DNA of 63,620 bases, the filler included, from Pirum gemmata (lineage: Eukaryota): assembly GCA_002812295.1 (NCBI GenBank). It is 20 parts of 20 records of this genome, joined end to end, with 100 filler letters (N's around TTAATTAATTAA, not from the genome) between each part and the next. Parts side by side here need not be neighbours in the genome. Positions count along the whole stretch, not along the records: positions 61,047 to 63,620 come from PDIN01005677.1; 19 more parts are not named here. The stretch is one strand, 5' to 3'. Of the stretch, positions 63,341 to 63,620 are shown piece after piece; position 1 is the first letter of the stretch; the number at the start of each line of letters is the position of its first letter. Made by a program: the position numbers and the translations under genes. The notes beneath the pieces are model-generated. The model was given only the letters and a program-made list of their open reading frames with translations. It had not been told where the DNA came from and searched no databases.

Positions 63341-63620
63341 TAATAATAATAATTATAGATAAAACAATAAGTAAGTCAAATGTCAATAAATCAGGGTTAG
63401 GGTCAATAAATCAATCAATAAATCAATAATTCGCTATTTCAATAAAAATCGATAAATCAATAAATCAGTAAATCAATATCAACAAATCAATAAACAAACA
63501 AGAAATTAATTAATATTAATATTATCATAATATATTATCATACCAGGTATTACCGAGTAAATAAAATTAATAAATAAACTTTTTTTTTTTTTTTTCCAAA
63601 AAAAAAAAAAAAAAAAAAAT

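Overview
Very AT-rich, microsatellite-dense eukaryotic nuclear DNA with spliceosomal introns and TTAGGG-type repeats. ATP-type PEPCK and secreted cbEGF proteins suggest a unicellular eukaryote, perhaps an opisthokont protist (inference only). The window is not one locus: 19 artificial N-TTAATTAATTAA-N linkers join about 20 short scaffolds, mostly ~2.5 kb, so adjacency across a linker is uninformative. Manual splicing recovered genes the ORF track misses or fragments: RhoGAP with a 15-nt microexon, a divergent TOP1 3' end, ABCG exons, an EEF1AKMT4/METTL13-like methyltransferase, a CBM48 protein and an ankyrin protein. Intronless genes are PEPCK(ATP), a GT2 glycosyltransferase, a beta-prism-like/cbEGF secreted protein, two leishmanolysin-like M8 paralogues and a C2H2 protein. 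At least six MITE-like or dispersed repeat families occur. The most striking hidden signal is a frameshifted Fanzor/TnpB (IS607-like, Fanzor2-type) nuclease remnant at ~18923-19203 (-), which implies an RNA-guided endonuclease family in this genome. Also notable are a 2.29-kb scaffold with identical 284-bp ends (circle or tandem unit) and a tandem array of duplicated splice acceptors in an ABCG intron.
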